Origin: Acidobacteriota bacterium
GTDB taxonomy: Bacteria; Acidobacteriota; Thermoanaerobaculia; Multivoradales; J023
Length of the DNA: 64,000 nucleotides
Direction of reading: 5' to 3'
Assembly: GCA_038748685.1 (NCBI GenBank)
Contig: JBCDIS010000006.1
Span: 5,185 to 69,184 of the forward strand
The notes below the pieces were generated by a model, which did no database searches, had not been told where the DNA came from, and was given only the letters and a program-made list of their open reading frames with translations. Made by a program: the position numbers and the translations under genes. Within the stretch, counting starts at the first letter, position 1. Every line of letters starts with the position of its first letter. Below are positions 35,136-44,477 of this stretch, piece after piece.

Positions 35136-36408
35136 TGAAGTGGTCCACCAGGCCCTGGATGACCCGATCAATCTCGGTCTCGCGGGCCCGCAGGTCCTCG
35201 ATGTGCTTGACCGAGTGCATGACGGTGGAGTGGTGCTTGCCGTTGAACTGTTTGCCGATGTCAGGGTAAGAGAGGGGGGTCAGCTGCTTACACAGGTACA
35301 TGGCGACCTGCCGAGGGAAGGCGATCTGCTTGGATTTGTTCTTGCTCTTGATCTCGGTGACCTTGAGGCCGTAGTGCCGGGCGACGACCTTGATGATCTC
35401 GGCGGAGGTGACCCTGGACTGGGGCAGGATGTCTTTGAGGGTTTCTTTGGCGAGGTCGAGGTCGATGGCGCGCCCGGACAGGGAGGCGAAGGCGGCGACA
35501 CGATTGAGCATGCCTTCGAGCTCACGGATGTTCGACTTGACGTGCTGAGCGATGAACAGCGCGACGTCGTCGGGCATGTGCAGCTCGTCCATCTCCGCCT
35601 TGCGCCTGAGGATGGCGATTTTGGTTTCGAGCTCCGGGGGCTGGATGTCGGCGATGAGGCCCCACTCGAATCGACTGCGGAGCCGCTCTTCGAGGGTCGG
35701 GATGTTGCGGGGGGAGGAGTCGGAGGAGAGGATGATCTGCTTCTGGCTCGTGTATAGGGTGTTGAAGGTGTGGAAGAACTCCTCTTGGGTCCGCTCCTTG
35801 TTGGCGATGAACTGGATGTCATCCACCAACAGAACGTCGATGGTCCGGTACCGATCGCGGAAGTCCGCCATGCGATCGAAGCGGATCGAGTTGATCAGCT
35901 CGTTGACGAACTGTTCCGTCGGGATGTAGAGCACCCGCAGACCGGGGTGGTTGTCGATGATCTCCTGGCCGATGGCGTGCATGAGGTGGGTCTTGCCGAG
36001 CCCCACGCCGCCGTAGAGAAAGAGGGGGTTGTAGCTGTGGGACGGGCTTTCTGCCACTGCCCTGGCCGCGGCGTGGCAGAACTGGTTCGAGCTGCCGACC
36101 ACGAAGCTCTCGAAGCGGTAGCGGGGATCGAAGCGGTAGGAGGCCTTCGGAGGCGGGACGTCCCGCTGCTCGTCTTCGGCGACGAACAGCACTTCGATCT
36201 GGCCTCCCAGGGTCCGAATCGCCTGCTCGACCGCCGGTCGGTAGGTCTGCTCCAGGGTGTGGACGAAGTGCTGGTTCGGGGCTTCGAGGACCAGCCTCTG
36301 ATCCGTCTCCTCACCGACTTTCAGTGGACCGAACCAGGTGGAGAGCTCTTCGGGGTCGAGCTGCTGCTCGAGGGATTGACTCAGGCGAGTCCAGAAAGAA
36401 GATTTCAT
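35131..36408 (-). CDS. dnaA: Chromosomal replication initiator DnaA
   Basis: FVVGSSN, YNPLFLYGGVGLGKTHL, DDIQF, QEEFFHTFN, RLRSRF, domain IV RQVAMYL...HSTV. Confidence 0.98.
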   Translation of the reverse strand: MKSSFWTRLSQSLEQQLDPEELSTWFGPLKVGEETDQRLVLEAPNQHFVHTLEQTYRPAVEQAIRTLGGQIEVLFVAEDEQRDVPPPKASYRFDPRYRFESFVVGSSNQFCHAAARAVAESPSHSYNPLFLYGGVGLGKTHLMHAIGQEIIDNHPGLRVLYIPTEQFVNELINSIRFDRMADFRDRYRTIDVLLVDDIQFIANKERTQEEFFHTFNTLYTSQKQIILSSDSSPRNIPTLEERLRSRFEWGLIADIQPPELETKIAILRRKAEMDELHMPDDVALFIAQHVKSNIRELEGMLNRVAAFASLSGRAIDLDLAKETLKDILPQSRVTSAEIIKVVARHYGLKVTEIKSKNKSKQIAFPRQVAMYLCKQLTPLSYPDIGKQFNGKHHSTVMHSVKHIEDLRARETEIDRVIQGLVDHFT

Positions 36409-36426
36409 TATCGATTCCGAATGGAA

Positions 36427-36458
36427 TAATCCACAACTTTTCCACAGCCTGTGGAAAA
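36427..36458. promoter_or_regulatory. DnaA boxes immediately upstream of dnaA (autoregulation or second origin part)
   Basis: TAATCCACA 36427, then inverted pair TTTTCCACA-GCC-TGTGGAAAA 36438-36458. Confidence 0.8.
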
Positions 36459-36877
36459 GCCGTGGGTATCTAGATGGCGAAATCCCAGTCTATCAGCTGG
36501 CTCCACGAACGGAAGCGGGCGGTGGAGCCATTGGAGCTCTTGGGGAGATAGGACGGCCACGGGATGACGGCGTCCTCGGGCCTTGGTATGGGGTTTGCTA
36601 ATGAGGGCTAGTGACAACTCAGGAGGTTGCTCACCCCAGTCTGTTCCTTCCATCGAAAAAGGGGCATCTTCGGCCCCTCTCATCCTTGATGCTCTCACCT
36701 CCTCCCCCATCTTACGGGGGTCAAACCCATAGAACCCATCCGATTGTTCAACCTCCGATTCGCTGATGACGCCGTCCGAACCCTCGGACGGCGTTTTCTT
36801 TGGCCCTCCACCGGACGTCAAGTCGGCACGAAGGGGACTCAAACTGGCATACCGCAGCCGACCGTAGAACGGACCCC

Positions 36878-37930
36878 ATGACGGAACGCCGACCCTCCTC
36901 CGAGGCCGCCGAACTGCTCGAATGGTACGACCGCCAGCGCCGGGACCTGCCGTGGCGGAAGAACAAGAATCCCTACCGGATCTGGGTTTCGGAGATCATG
37001 CTCCAGCAGACCCAGGTGAAGACCGTTCTGCCCTACTACGAGGTGTTTCTCGAACACTTTCCGACGGTCGAAGCCCTCGCGGCCGCCCCCATCGATGACG
37101 TGCTCGCCCGTTGGTCGGGCCTTGGGTACTACCGCCGGGCCCGCCAGATGCATCGCGCGGCGGTACAACTGGTGGAGGAAGGACGACCGATCCCCCGGAC
37201 CGCGGAAGCCCTCGAGGAACTTCCTGGGATCGGCGCCTACACCGCCGCCGCCATCGCCAGCATCGCGTTTGGAGAGGCGGTGCCGGTACTCGACGGAAAC
37301 GTCGAGCGGGTGATGGCCCGGCGCCTGGCGCTGGAGGAGGACCCGAAGAAGCGAGCTGGCCGGGAACGCCTTCTGGCGGCGGCTGCGGATCTCCTCGATC
37401 CGGAGCGGGCGGGGGATTCCAACCAGGCTTTCATGGAGCTCGGGGCGACGGTTTGCCGACCCAAGGCTCCGAAGTGCTTGCTTTGCCCCCTCGGCGCCGG
37501 CTGTTTGGGGAAAGGCGACGCCGAGCGCTATCCGCCGCCGCGCAAGCGCAGGAAGGTGGAACGGGTCGAGCTGGCGGTGGCGGTGGTCCGGGAGGAGGGC
37601 AGGCTTCTGCTGTTCCGCCGACCGGAGGGGGGCGTCGATCTGATGCCCGGTCTTTGGGAGCTGCCGACGGTCCCCCTCGAAGGAGGGGAGGCGCTTTCCG
37701 ATCGTCTGGCCGGGCGGTACGGCGGATCCTGGACCCTGGAGGCTACGAAAGAGCGGGTCCGCCACGGCATCACCCATCGCTCGATCACCCTTCATCTGTA
37801 CCTCGGGGCCGTCGAGGCGCGGGACGACAGTGTAGGGGAGGGGCTGGAAGCGGCGTGGGTGTCGCCGGAGGCCCGTGACCGGTTCGCCACCTCGTCGGTG
37901 GTGGACAAGGTGTTGTCGCGGCTACCCTGA
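36878..37930 (+). CDS. mutY: A/G-specific adenine glycosylase MutY
   Basis: RDLPWR, SEIMLQQTQV, GLGYY, HhH LPGIG.YTA, DGNV, C-x6-C-x2-C-x5-C Fe-S motif, NUDIX-like C-terminus. Confidence 0.96.
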   Translation: MTERRPSSEAAELLEWYDRQRRDLPWRKNKNPYRIWVSEIMLQQTQVKTVLPYYEVFLEHFPTVEALAAAPIDDVLARWSGLGYYRRARQMHRAAVQLVEEGRPIPRTAEALEELPGIGAYTAAAIASIAFGEAVPVLDGNVERVMARRLALEEDPKKRAGRERLLAAAADLLDPERAGDSNQAFMELGATVCRPKAPKCLLCPLGAGCLGKGDAERYPPPRKRRKVERVELAVAVVREEGRLLLFRRPEGGVDLMPGLWELPTVPLEGGEALSDRLAGRYGGSWTLEATKERVRHGITHRSITLHLYLGAVEARDDSVGEGLEAAWVSPEARDRFATSSVVDKVLSRLP

Positions 37931-37937
37931 GGCTGGC

Positions 37938-38064
37938 TCAGCCCGGGAGCCCCAGACTCTCGCCGGACCCGGCGGAGAAGATGCACCCGCCGACGAGCTC
38001 GTCACCAAGGCGCGCCGCAGATAGCACGTCGCTGTCATCGACACCGGGACTGCTTGTCGAGGAG
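37938..38064 (-). pseudogene. Decayed remnant of the 3' part of the tandem cNMP-binding gene
   Basis: 37938-38003 matches 38816-38881 at 57/66 nt (DELVGGCIFSAGSGESLGLPG* vs DKLVGWYIFSAGSGESLGLPG*); 38046-38064 matches 39037-39055 at 17/19 nt. Confidence 0.85.
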
Positions 38065-38149
38065 CGTCAGGACGGTCCGGATCTTGGAGGGTGTCCGAGG
38101 GGTTTCGAATCGGACTTTCTCGGGGATTGTAGGGTGATTAGAATGGGCC

Positions 38150-38758
38150 ATGAGCTTCCCGGATACGTTCTACCGTTGGCGTCCTCATCCCTGGCATGGT
38201 CTCGAAACCGGTCCATCGCCGCCGGATCGCGTGTCGGCCTACATCGAGTTGACACCGTTTGATCGGGTCAAGTACGAGATCGACAAGACCACCGGCTACA
38301 TGCGGGTGGACCGACCGCAGAGGACATCGGCCCAGCCGCCGTCCCTCTACGGATTCGTTCCTCGGACCTACTGCGGGCGTCGTGTGGGCGATCTGTCACC
38401 GGCCCAGCGGGGGGACGGAGACCCGCTCGATATATGTGTGATCAGCGAGCAGCCCATCCATCGGGGTGAGGTACTGGTGCATGCCCGTGTCGTCGGGGGT
38501 TTGCAGATGGTCGACGAGGACGAGGCGGATGACAAGATCGTCGCGGTCCTCGAGGGGGACTTGATTTGGCGCGAGACTCGAGAGATCTCGGAGCTGCCGC
38601 AGATTCTCGTCGAGCGTTTGCACCACTACTTCAGCACCTACAAGCGGGTGCCGGGAACGGAGTCACAAATCTCGATCGAGCAGATCTACGGCCGCGACCA
38701 TGCCTGCGCGGTGGTCGAGGCGGCGATGGCGGACTACCGCGACGAATTTGGTGAATAG
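38150..38758 (+). CDS. ppa: Family I inorganic pyrophosphatase
   Basis: [38 protein letters not shown]. Confidence 0.93.
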   Translation: MSFPDTFYRWRPHPWHGLETGPSPPDRVSAYIELTPFDRVKYEIDKTTGYMRVDRPQRTSAQPPSLYGFVPRTYCGRRVGDLSPAQRGDGDPLDICVISEQPIHRGEVLVHARVVGGLQMVDEDEADDKIVAVLEGDLIWRETREISELPQILVERLHHYFSTYKRVPGTESQISIEQIYGRDHACAVVEAAMADYRDEFGE

Positions 38759-38815
38759 CCGTCAGGCATGCCGGCCTTGGGGGGCGCGACGATCAAGGAT
38801 CCCCCGTAGGAAAGC

Positions 38816-39817
38816 TCAGCCCGGGAGTCCGAGGCTCTCCCCCGAACCGGCGGAGAAGATGTACCAGCCGACGAGCTTGTCGTCGATCTCCCGCAGGCGC
38901 TTGGCGATCAGCCCGCTGAGGATGGTCAGCAGACGTAGGGACGACACCTTCTGGATGTCGAGGATCCCCTCCAGCACCTCGCTCGAGATCATCAGCACCA
39001 CGGTTCCATCGTCGGCGGCCTTGGCGTCCGCCGAGCGGGGCTGCTTGTCGATGAGGGCCATCTCGCCGAAGTAGTCCCCCCGTTCGAGGAATGCTAGCGC
39101 TTCCTCCCCCGAGCCGACGATCTCCTTGCTGATCATCACCCGCCCTTCGAGCACCACGTAGAGGCGGTCCCCCTTCTCCCCTTCACGGAAGATGTACTCG
39201 CCGGCGGCGACCTTCTTCTCCTTCGAGAGGGTGGAGAGAAAATTGATCTCCATCGGAGAGAGGGTCTGTTCCCGGAACAGATCCCGCTTGGCACCGATGC
39301 CGACTTTGAAGTCGCCGCCTTTTTGGCTGGCGTCCCGGTCTTCGGTGCGTTTGGTTCCGCCCTTGGCGAAGAAGTTGGCGAGCACTTCGTTGGTCTTGCG
39401 GAGTTTTTGGGAGAGGCTTTTCCACAGTGCCCAGTGCAGCGCCAGGGAGAACCGCTGGTTCTCCCGGATCAGCGGACGGAGGGCCGACGCGCTGATGGGG
39501 AACAGAACGGAATCGCTGGCGGCGCGGGCGTCGCCGGAGCGGGCGTGGCGATCGATGAAGCTGGTCTCGCCGAACACCGCTCCCCCCTCCAACTTGGCGA
39601 GGGTGTAGCGTCCGTAGGGGGTGTTGCGCTGGATATCGATCTCCCCCCGGTCGACGAAATAGATGTCTTGGCTCTTCTCACCTTCCTGGATCACCATCGA
39701 ATCAGTTTCGTAGGTCACCGGTGAGGTGCAGCTAGCCAGGAGATCCAAGAGCTCGCCATCGAGGTGGGACAGGATCTCAAATTCGCGCAGGCGGTCGAAG
39801 ACATCCACGGAATGCAT
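38816..39817 (-). CDS. Tandem cyclic-nucleotide-binding domain protein (no HTH or other output domain)
   Basis: Two CNB domains with phosphate-binding cassettes FGETSFID..ARSGDA and FGEMALID..PRSADA. Confidence 0.85.
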   Translation of the reverse strand: MHSVDVFDRLREFEILSHLDGELLDLLASCTSPVTYETDSMVIQEGEKSQDIYFVDRGEIDIQRNTPYGRYTLAKLEGGAVFGETSFIDRHARSGDARAASDSVLFPISASALRPLIRENQRFSLALHWALWKSLSQKLRKTNEVLANFFAKGGTKRTEDRDASQKGGDFKVGIGAKRDLFREQTLSPMEINFLSTLSKEKKVAAGEYIFREGEKGDRLYVVLEGRVMISKEIVGSGEEALAFLERGDYFGEMALIDKQPRSADAKAADDGTVVLMISSEVLEGILDIQKVSSLRLLTILSGLIAKRLREIDDKLVGWYIFSAGSGESLGLPG

Positions 39818-39873
39818 TGTATACCCTCCCGTTCACTAGCCGATCGGGGATCGGCGAACCTCCGCCGTGGTCC

Positions 39874-40473
39874 TCACGGCAGCTCCAACTGGGCCGGACC
39901 GAGCTTGGCGCGGACCTGGGTCTCGACGTGATCGAGCCAGTCGACGCGATCGATGCCCGCGAGATCGAGGATCTCCAGTCCCCGGTGGTCGATCTCCCGC
40001 AGCAGTCGATCCTGGACCGCGCCCTGGAAGACCGGATCGGTGGACCGCAGGCCGTCGGGCCGCAGTCGATCGACCACCGGCACCCGAACAAGGAGATCGT
40101 AGGTGGCGGTCCAGGTTCCCACGAGGTGACAGAGGTCGGGCTGGGGACCGGCGGAGAGAAGCAGGTAGACGAAGTTGTCGAGGACGCTACGGTCGCAGAT
40201 GACGACGTCGTAGCGGGCGGCCGACACCACCTCCTCCGCAATCTGGGTGTGGAGGATCCAGGTCTGGGCTTCCAGGGTCGTCTTCTGGTTGATGGGTAGG
40301 GGGCACCGGCGGGCGACCTCCCCGACGACGTCGAGTGCTACATCGGAGGCTTTGAGTCGGGCCGCGAGCCCGTAGCACAGGGTGGTTTTGCCCACCCCGT
40401 GGCTGCCGATGAAAGCAATTTTGAATGCCTGGCTGGAGACCATGATGCTCAAAGGAAGCGCGGTCCGCCTCAA
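39874..40473 (-). CDS. P-loop NMP-kinase-like ATPase (AAA_28 / NadR-Ttd14-like)
   Basis: Walker A GSHGVGKT, E.AR, ICDRSVLD, YD motif; TTG start overlaps the recR stop (alternative ATG at 40443). Confidence 0.8.
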   Translation of the reverse strand: MRRTALPLSIMVSSQAFKIAFIGSHGVGKTTLCYGLAARLKASDVALDVVGEVARRCPLPINQKTTLEAQTWILHTQIAEEVVSAARYDVVICDRSVLDNFVYLLLSAGPQPDLCHLVGTWTATYDLLVRVPVVDRLRPDGLRSTDPVFQGAVQDRLLREIDHRGLEILDLAGIDRVDWLDHVETQVRAKLGPAQLELP

Positions 40474-41054
40474 AGGTCGCGGCGGCCCGCCAGCGATCGT
40501 CCGAGGGTGACCTCGTCGGTGAACTCGATGTCGCCGCCCACCGGCATGCCAAAGGCCAGCCGGCTGACCCGAATGCCCTTGGGTTTGAGGACGCGGGCGA
40601 GGTAGAGGGCGGTGGCTTCCCCTTCGACGTTTGGATTGGTGGCGAGGATGACCTCGTCGACGGAGTCCAAGCGTTTTAGCAGGGAGTCGATGGCGATGTC
40701 GTCGGGACCGATCCCCCGCTGTGGGGAGAGGGTTCCCAGGAGCACGTGGTAAAGGCCGTCGTGCTCATGGGTTCGCTCGATGGGGGTGATGTTGAAGGGT
40801 TCCTCCACGACGCAGATCCTGGTTCGGTCCCGACGCGGATCCGAACAAATCGAGCAGGGGTCGCGGTCGGTGATGGAGTTACAGGTTCCGCAGTGGAACA
40901 GCTTGTCCTTGACGTCGAGGATGGACTCCGAGAGTTGTTCCGCCTCGTCCCGGGGCACACGGAGGAGATGGTGAGCCAGGCGGGTGGCGGTCTTGGGGCC
41001 GATCCCCGGCAGTCTAGATAGCTCCCGGACCAGGCGTTCGAGGGGATCGGACAT
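40470..41054 (-). CDS. recR: Recombination mediator RecR
   Basis: LPGIGPKTA, C4 zinc finger, ICVVE, YHVL.G, ATNPNVEGEATA. Confidence 0.97.
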   Translation of the reverse strand: MSDPLERLVRELSRLPGIGPKTATRLAHHLLRVPRDEAEQLSESILDVKDKLFHCGTCNSITDRDPCSICSDPRRDRTRICVVEEPFNITPIERTHEHDGLYHVLLGTLSPQRGIGPDDIAIDSLLKRLDSVDEVILATNPNVEGEATALYLARVLKPKGIRVSRLAFGMPVGGDIEFTDEVTLGRSLAGRRDL

Positions 41055-41081
41055 CGAGATTCGGCGCGGCGGAGTATCCGA

Positions 41082-41375
41082 TCAGAATAGATTCGGAAGA
41101 CCTGACGCCAGAGAGCCCATCTTGTGGCGGAGGGCTTCGTCCATTTTGCGGCTGGCCTCGTTGACGCAGGCGACGATGAGGTCTTCGAGCATGCCGGGAT
41201 CCTCTGGATCCATCGCTTCGGGATCAATTCGGACCGAGAGCACCCGTTTGTGCCCGTCCATCTTGACCCGCACGATTCCGCCGCCGACGGCCGCGTCGAC
41301 GAAGGTCTCGCCGAGTTCCCGCTGCATTTTCTCCTGCATGTCCTGAGCTTGCTTCAGGAGCTTCTGCATGTTCAT
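41082..41375 (-). CDS. ybaB: YbaB/EbfC nucleoid-associated protein
   Basis: MQKLLKQAQ.MQ, GGG.V, DP...D..MLEDL; between dnaX and recR. Confidence 0.95.
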   Translation of the reverse strand: MNMQKLLKQAQDMQEKMQRELGETFVDAAVGGGIVRVKMDGHKRVLSVRIDPEAMDPEDPGMLEDLIVACVNEASRKMDEALRHKMGSLASGLPNLF

Positions 41376-43282
41376 CGAGCTTTCTCCTCTGGCTCGTCTT
41401 GGACGCTTTGGATTTTACCGCCGAAGATCTCGAGTACCGAGCTGACCGCAGGCTTCCCGGCGACCCCTTCGATTACGTCGGCGGGTAGGCTCGACCTCGG
41501 ACCGCGGGCGGCGGCGGGTGGATCGAACGGGACGACGGGCTCGGAGGCTCCGGAGTCCCTCGGATCGAAGCCAGGTTCCGCCGCGCCCTGGGGCGGCTCC
41601 GGGCGGTGGCCTTCGACGCTGGGGGCCGCCGATTCTCTGGAAGTCTGCGGCTGTGGAACGGGCACATCGTCGCTCTCGACGACGCTCCACGGGATGTCCG
41701 AACCGTAGACCTCGCGCAGGAGCTCTTCGATCGCCTGACTATTGTGGCCGCGTTCGAGGGCGGTGGCCAAAAGTCGGTCCCCCCGCGGGATGTGGATGGC
41801 GAGCGCGCCGTCTTCGAGCCGTAGCCTCGCCCGCTTCAGGTGGGCGGCGAGGGATTGGCGGCGGGTCCGCAGGAGGTCGAGCAGGTCCCTGAGGCGACCC
41901 TCCCCCGAAAGTTCGATGGAGGGTGCCGGAGGTTGGGTCGGAGCGGGTGCAGGCTCGCGGTTCGCCGACGGGGGTTCGGGTCGATCCGCGTCCTGCGGCT
42001 CGATGTTCCTTTCCCTGGGGGCGGCCCGTTCAGGGGCTGGGACCCGAAGGCTCCTCGCTGGCGGATCGGGCCGGGTGTTGCGCAGTTCCCTTGCCGGCGG
42101 CGGCCCGGACCTCGATGGGGCGGCTTGCGGTGATGGACCGGAGGCCGGCAGATCGACCTGGGTGGTGCCGGAGAGGATGTCTTGGATGCGAACAACTTTC
42201 GGAAGCTCAGCGGCGCGAAGCCAGCAGATCTCGAGCGCCAGGCCGCCGAACTCGCTGCGGCGAACCGTAGGCTCACTGTCGAGCAGGACCTGAAGGATCT
42301 GCAGGGCCGGCTCGTAGCCGCGGCCGCGCATCAGCTCACCGAGGGATTCGGCCTCCTCCGGCGGCAGCTCGATGGACTCGATCCTGCCGCCCATTGCGAG
42401 GTGCATCGCGTCCCGCACATAACCGAGAAACTGACCATATACATTATGGGGATCCCAGCCGTTGACTTCGATCTCACCGACGACCTCCAAAATGGGCTCG
42501 GTGTTCCCATCCAGCATCGCGGCCAGGAGACGCTTGAAGATGGCGGTGTCGAGGCCCCCGAGGAGGCGATTGGCCTCTTCGTCGGCAATGGTGCCGCTGC
42601 CGAAGGTCGCCATCTGGTCGAGCAGTGCGACGGAGTCCCGGACGCTACCTTCACCTGCCCGGGCAATGAGTCGTAGGGCCGAATCGCTGGTTTCGATCGA
42701 TTCCGCGTCACAGATCGTGCGGAGATAGCCGGCGAGCACCGCCGAGGGAACGCGGCGGAATTGGTACTCCTGGCAGCGGGAGAGGATGGTGGCCGGTACG
42801 GCGTCGATCTCGGTCGTTGCGAAGATGAAGACCAGGTGTTCAGGCGGTTCTTCGACGATCTTTAGAAGCGCGTCGAAGGCCTGCCGAGACAGTCGGTGGA
42901 CCTCGTCGAGGACCACGATCTTGTATCGCCCCCGGGCGGGTCCGTAGCGGAGGGTCTCGGTGAGCTCCCGTACCTGCTCGACCTTGGAATAGGTGGCGGC
43001 GTCGACCTCGATGAAGTCTAGGCTGGTCCCAGCATTGATCTCGAGGCAGGAGCCGCACTCGTTGCAAGGACCGTTGGCGCCACCCCGTTCACAGTTGAGG
43101 GCCTTGGCGAAGACCCTCGCCGCCGTGGTCTTTCCGACCCCGCGGATGCCCGAGAACAGGTAAGCCTGTGCGACCCGGTCTTCGGTCAGGCCGTTGCGCA
43201 GTGCCGTGACGACGTGTTCTTGCCCGATGAGGCTGGAGAAGTCCTGGGGGCGCCACTTGCGGGCGAGAACCTGGTAGGCCAT
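41372..43282 (-). CDS. dnaX: DNA polymerase III subunit gamma/tau
   Basis: YQVLARKWRPQ, G.RGVGKTT, zinc Cys cluster, DEVH, LLKIVEEPP, SRC, GSVRD; Pro-rich linker. Confidence 0.97.
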   Translation of the reverse strand: MAYQVLARKWRPQDFSSLIGQEHVVTALRNGLTEDRVAQAYLFSGIRGVGKTTAARVFAKALNCERGGANGPCNECGSCLEINAGTSLDFIEVDAATYSKVEQVRELTETLRYGPARGRYKIVVLDEVHRLSRQAFDALLKIVEEPPEHLVFIFATTEIDAVPATILSRCQEYQFRRVPSAVLAGYLRTICDAESIETSDSALRLIARAGEGSVRDSVALLDQMATFGSGTIADEEANRLLGGLDTAIFKRLLAAMLDGNTEPILEVVGEIEVNGWDPHNVYGQFLGYVRDAMHLAMGGRIESIELPPEEAESLGELMRGRGYEPALQILQVLLDSEPTVRRSEFGGLALEICWLRAAELPKVVRIQDILSGTTQVDLPASGPSPQAAPSRSGPPPARELRNTRPDPPARSLRVPAPERAAPRERNIEPQDADRPEPPSANREPAPAPTQPPAPSIELSGEGRLRDLLDLLRTRRQSLAAHLKRARLRLEDGALAIHIPRGDRLLATALERGHNSQAIEELLREVYGSDIPWSVVESDDVPVPQPQTSRESAAPSVEGHRPEPPQGAAEPGFDPRDSGASEPVVPFDPPAAARGPRSSLPADVIEGVAGKPAVSSVLEIFGGKIQSVQDEPEEKAR

Positions 43283-43356
43283 GGATGGGTTTGCCTCGGA
43301 CCTCGTGGGGCTGGCCAGGTCGGTGCTCTTGTAGAGGGACTTGGGGAGGGTCTATC

Positions 43357-43482
43357 GAGGCCCAGCGAAGGGTTCCGGCTGATCTGCGGCACCCGGCCGG
43401 GTACCTTATCGCTGCTCCCTTCCGGGCCTGACGAGGTTCGGTATCGTCCGGTGCACAGGACCCGAACCCTTCGCAGGGCCTC
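43357..43482 (-). ncRNA. ffs: Signal recognition particle RNA (4.5S)
   Basis: Minus strand carries the domain IV motif TCAGGCCCGGAAGGGAGCAGC inside a long hairpin with complementary ends (GCGAAGGGTTC/GAACCCTTCGC); upstream of dnaX; ends approximate. Confidence 0.92.
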
Positions 43483-43641
43483 GATTCGTCAAGATCCTAG
43501 TCCTGGGGCCGGGATTTGTAAAGGCCGCTGGGGGGAGCCTCGGACAGGGGCCGCAAGAGGGGGTGGGGGGAAACTTGTTTACCCACGGTGTGCCTTCCGC
43601 TAAAATAGCGCGCTCTGGGCCGGCTGGCCCGGGATCTGACC

Positions 43642-44124
43642 ATGGAAGACGACCGCTGGATGGCCGAGGCTCTGACCGAGGCGAGAAAGGCAGCCGACTT
43701 AGGTGAGGTTCCGGTAGGGGCGGTGGTTGTTCTCGAAGGTCAGGTGGTCGGTCGCGGCCACAACCGACGGGAGGGAGACGCCGATCCCCTGGCCCACGCC
43801 GAGGTTCTCGCTATTCGCGAGGCATCCAAGGCGGTGGGAGATTGGCGGCTCGGGGGCTGTGCTCTTTACGTAACGCTGGAACCCTGCGCCATGTGCGCCG
43901 GGGCCCTGGTCAACAGCCGGGTCGACACTTTGGTCTTCGGAACCAGAGACCCGAAGGGAGGCTTCTGTGGCTCCCTCGGAGACTTGGTCAGGGACCCGCG
44001 ATTGAACCATCGGTTAGAGGTTCGGGAAGGCGTCTTACAAGAGGAATGCAGCGAGCTTCTGAAATCCTTCTTCGCCCGGTTGCGGTCGGCACGTAGGAAA
44101 CAGAGCTCGAATCGGGATCTTTGA
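43642..44124 (+). CDS. tadA: tRNA adenosine(34) deaminase
   Basis: GEVPVGAV, HAE, TLEPCAMC, LNH, FF..LR. Confidence 0.95.
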   Translation: MEDDRWMAEALTEARKAADLGEVPVGAVVVLEGQVVGRGHNRREGDADPLAHAEVLAIREASKAVGDWRLGGCALYVTLEPCAMCAGALVNSRVDTLVFGTRDPKGGFCGSLGDLVRDPRLNHRLEVREGVLQEECSELLKSFFARLRSARRKQSSNRDL

Positions 44125-44156
44125 GAGACAGCGTCGAACGATCGAGCGATCTTCGC

Positions 44157-44246
44157 GGAGAGGTGACCGAGTGGCTTAAGGTGCACGCCTGGAAAGCGTG
44201 TGTAGGGGAAACTCTACCGAGGGTTCGAATCCCTCTCTCTCCGCCA
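44157..44246 (+). tRNA. tRNA-Ser(GGA)
   Basis: GGAGAGG acceptor, anticodon arm CACGC-CTGGAAA-GCGTG, long variable arm, GGTTCGAATCC, encoded CCA. Confidence 0.97.
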
Positions 44247-44301
44247 ACTACATCCACAGCCCGGATCTTGAAGGTCGGGCCCGCTCAGATCGAAAGACTT
44301 A

Positions 44302-44391
44302 GGAGAGGTGCCGGAGTGGTCGAACGGGGCGGTCTCGAAAACCGTTGACCATGCAAGTGGTCCGTGGGTTCGAATCCCACCCTCTCCGCCA
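44302..44391 (+). tRNA. tRNA-Ser(CGA)
   Basis: GGAGAGG acceptor, anticodon arm GCGGT-CTCGAAA-ACCGT, long variable arm, GGTTCGAATCC, encoded CCA. Confidence 0.97.
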
Positions 44392-44448
44392 TGTGTTCAG
44401 ATGGACCTGAGGTGACGGGTTGAGTCGAACGCTGCGTCAAAAGCGTTC

Positions 44449-44477
44449 TTGACTCCCCGTCCCTTGCGATTTAGAAT
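44449..44477 (+). promoter_or_regulatory. Sigma70-type promoter of the rpmH operon
   Basis: TTGACT-17 bp-TAGAAT, ~75 nt upstream of rpmH. Confidence 0.75.

Noticed and set aside
36408-36842. 144-aa ORF upstream of dnaA
   Set aside because: No recognisable motif, atypical codon usage, and it runs across the DnaA boxes and promoter region
37938-38881. Diversity-generating retroelement TR/VR pair
   Set aside because: Mismatches are not adenine-specific (mostly synonymous third positions) and there is no reverse transcriptase in the window
41372-43282. Programmed frameshift in dnaX producing a gamma subunit
   Set aside because: No A-AAA-AAG or poly-A slippery run was seen in the linker, and the ORF is continuous
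44157-44450. Genomic island integrated at tRNA-Ser
   Set aside because: No integrase and no separate duplicated tRNA 3' end; the rpmH promoter follows directly
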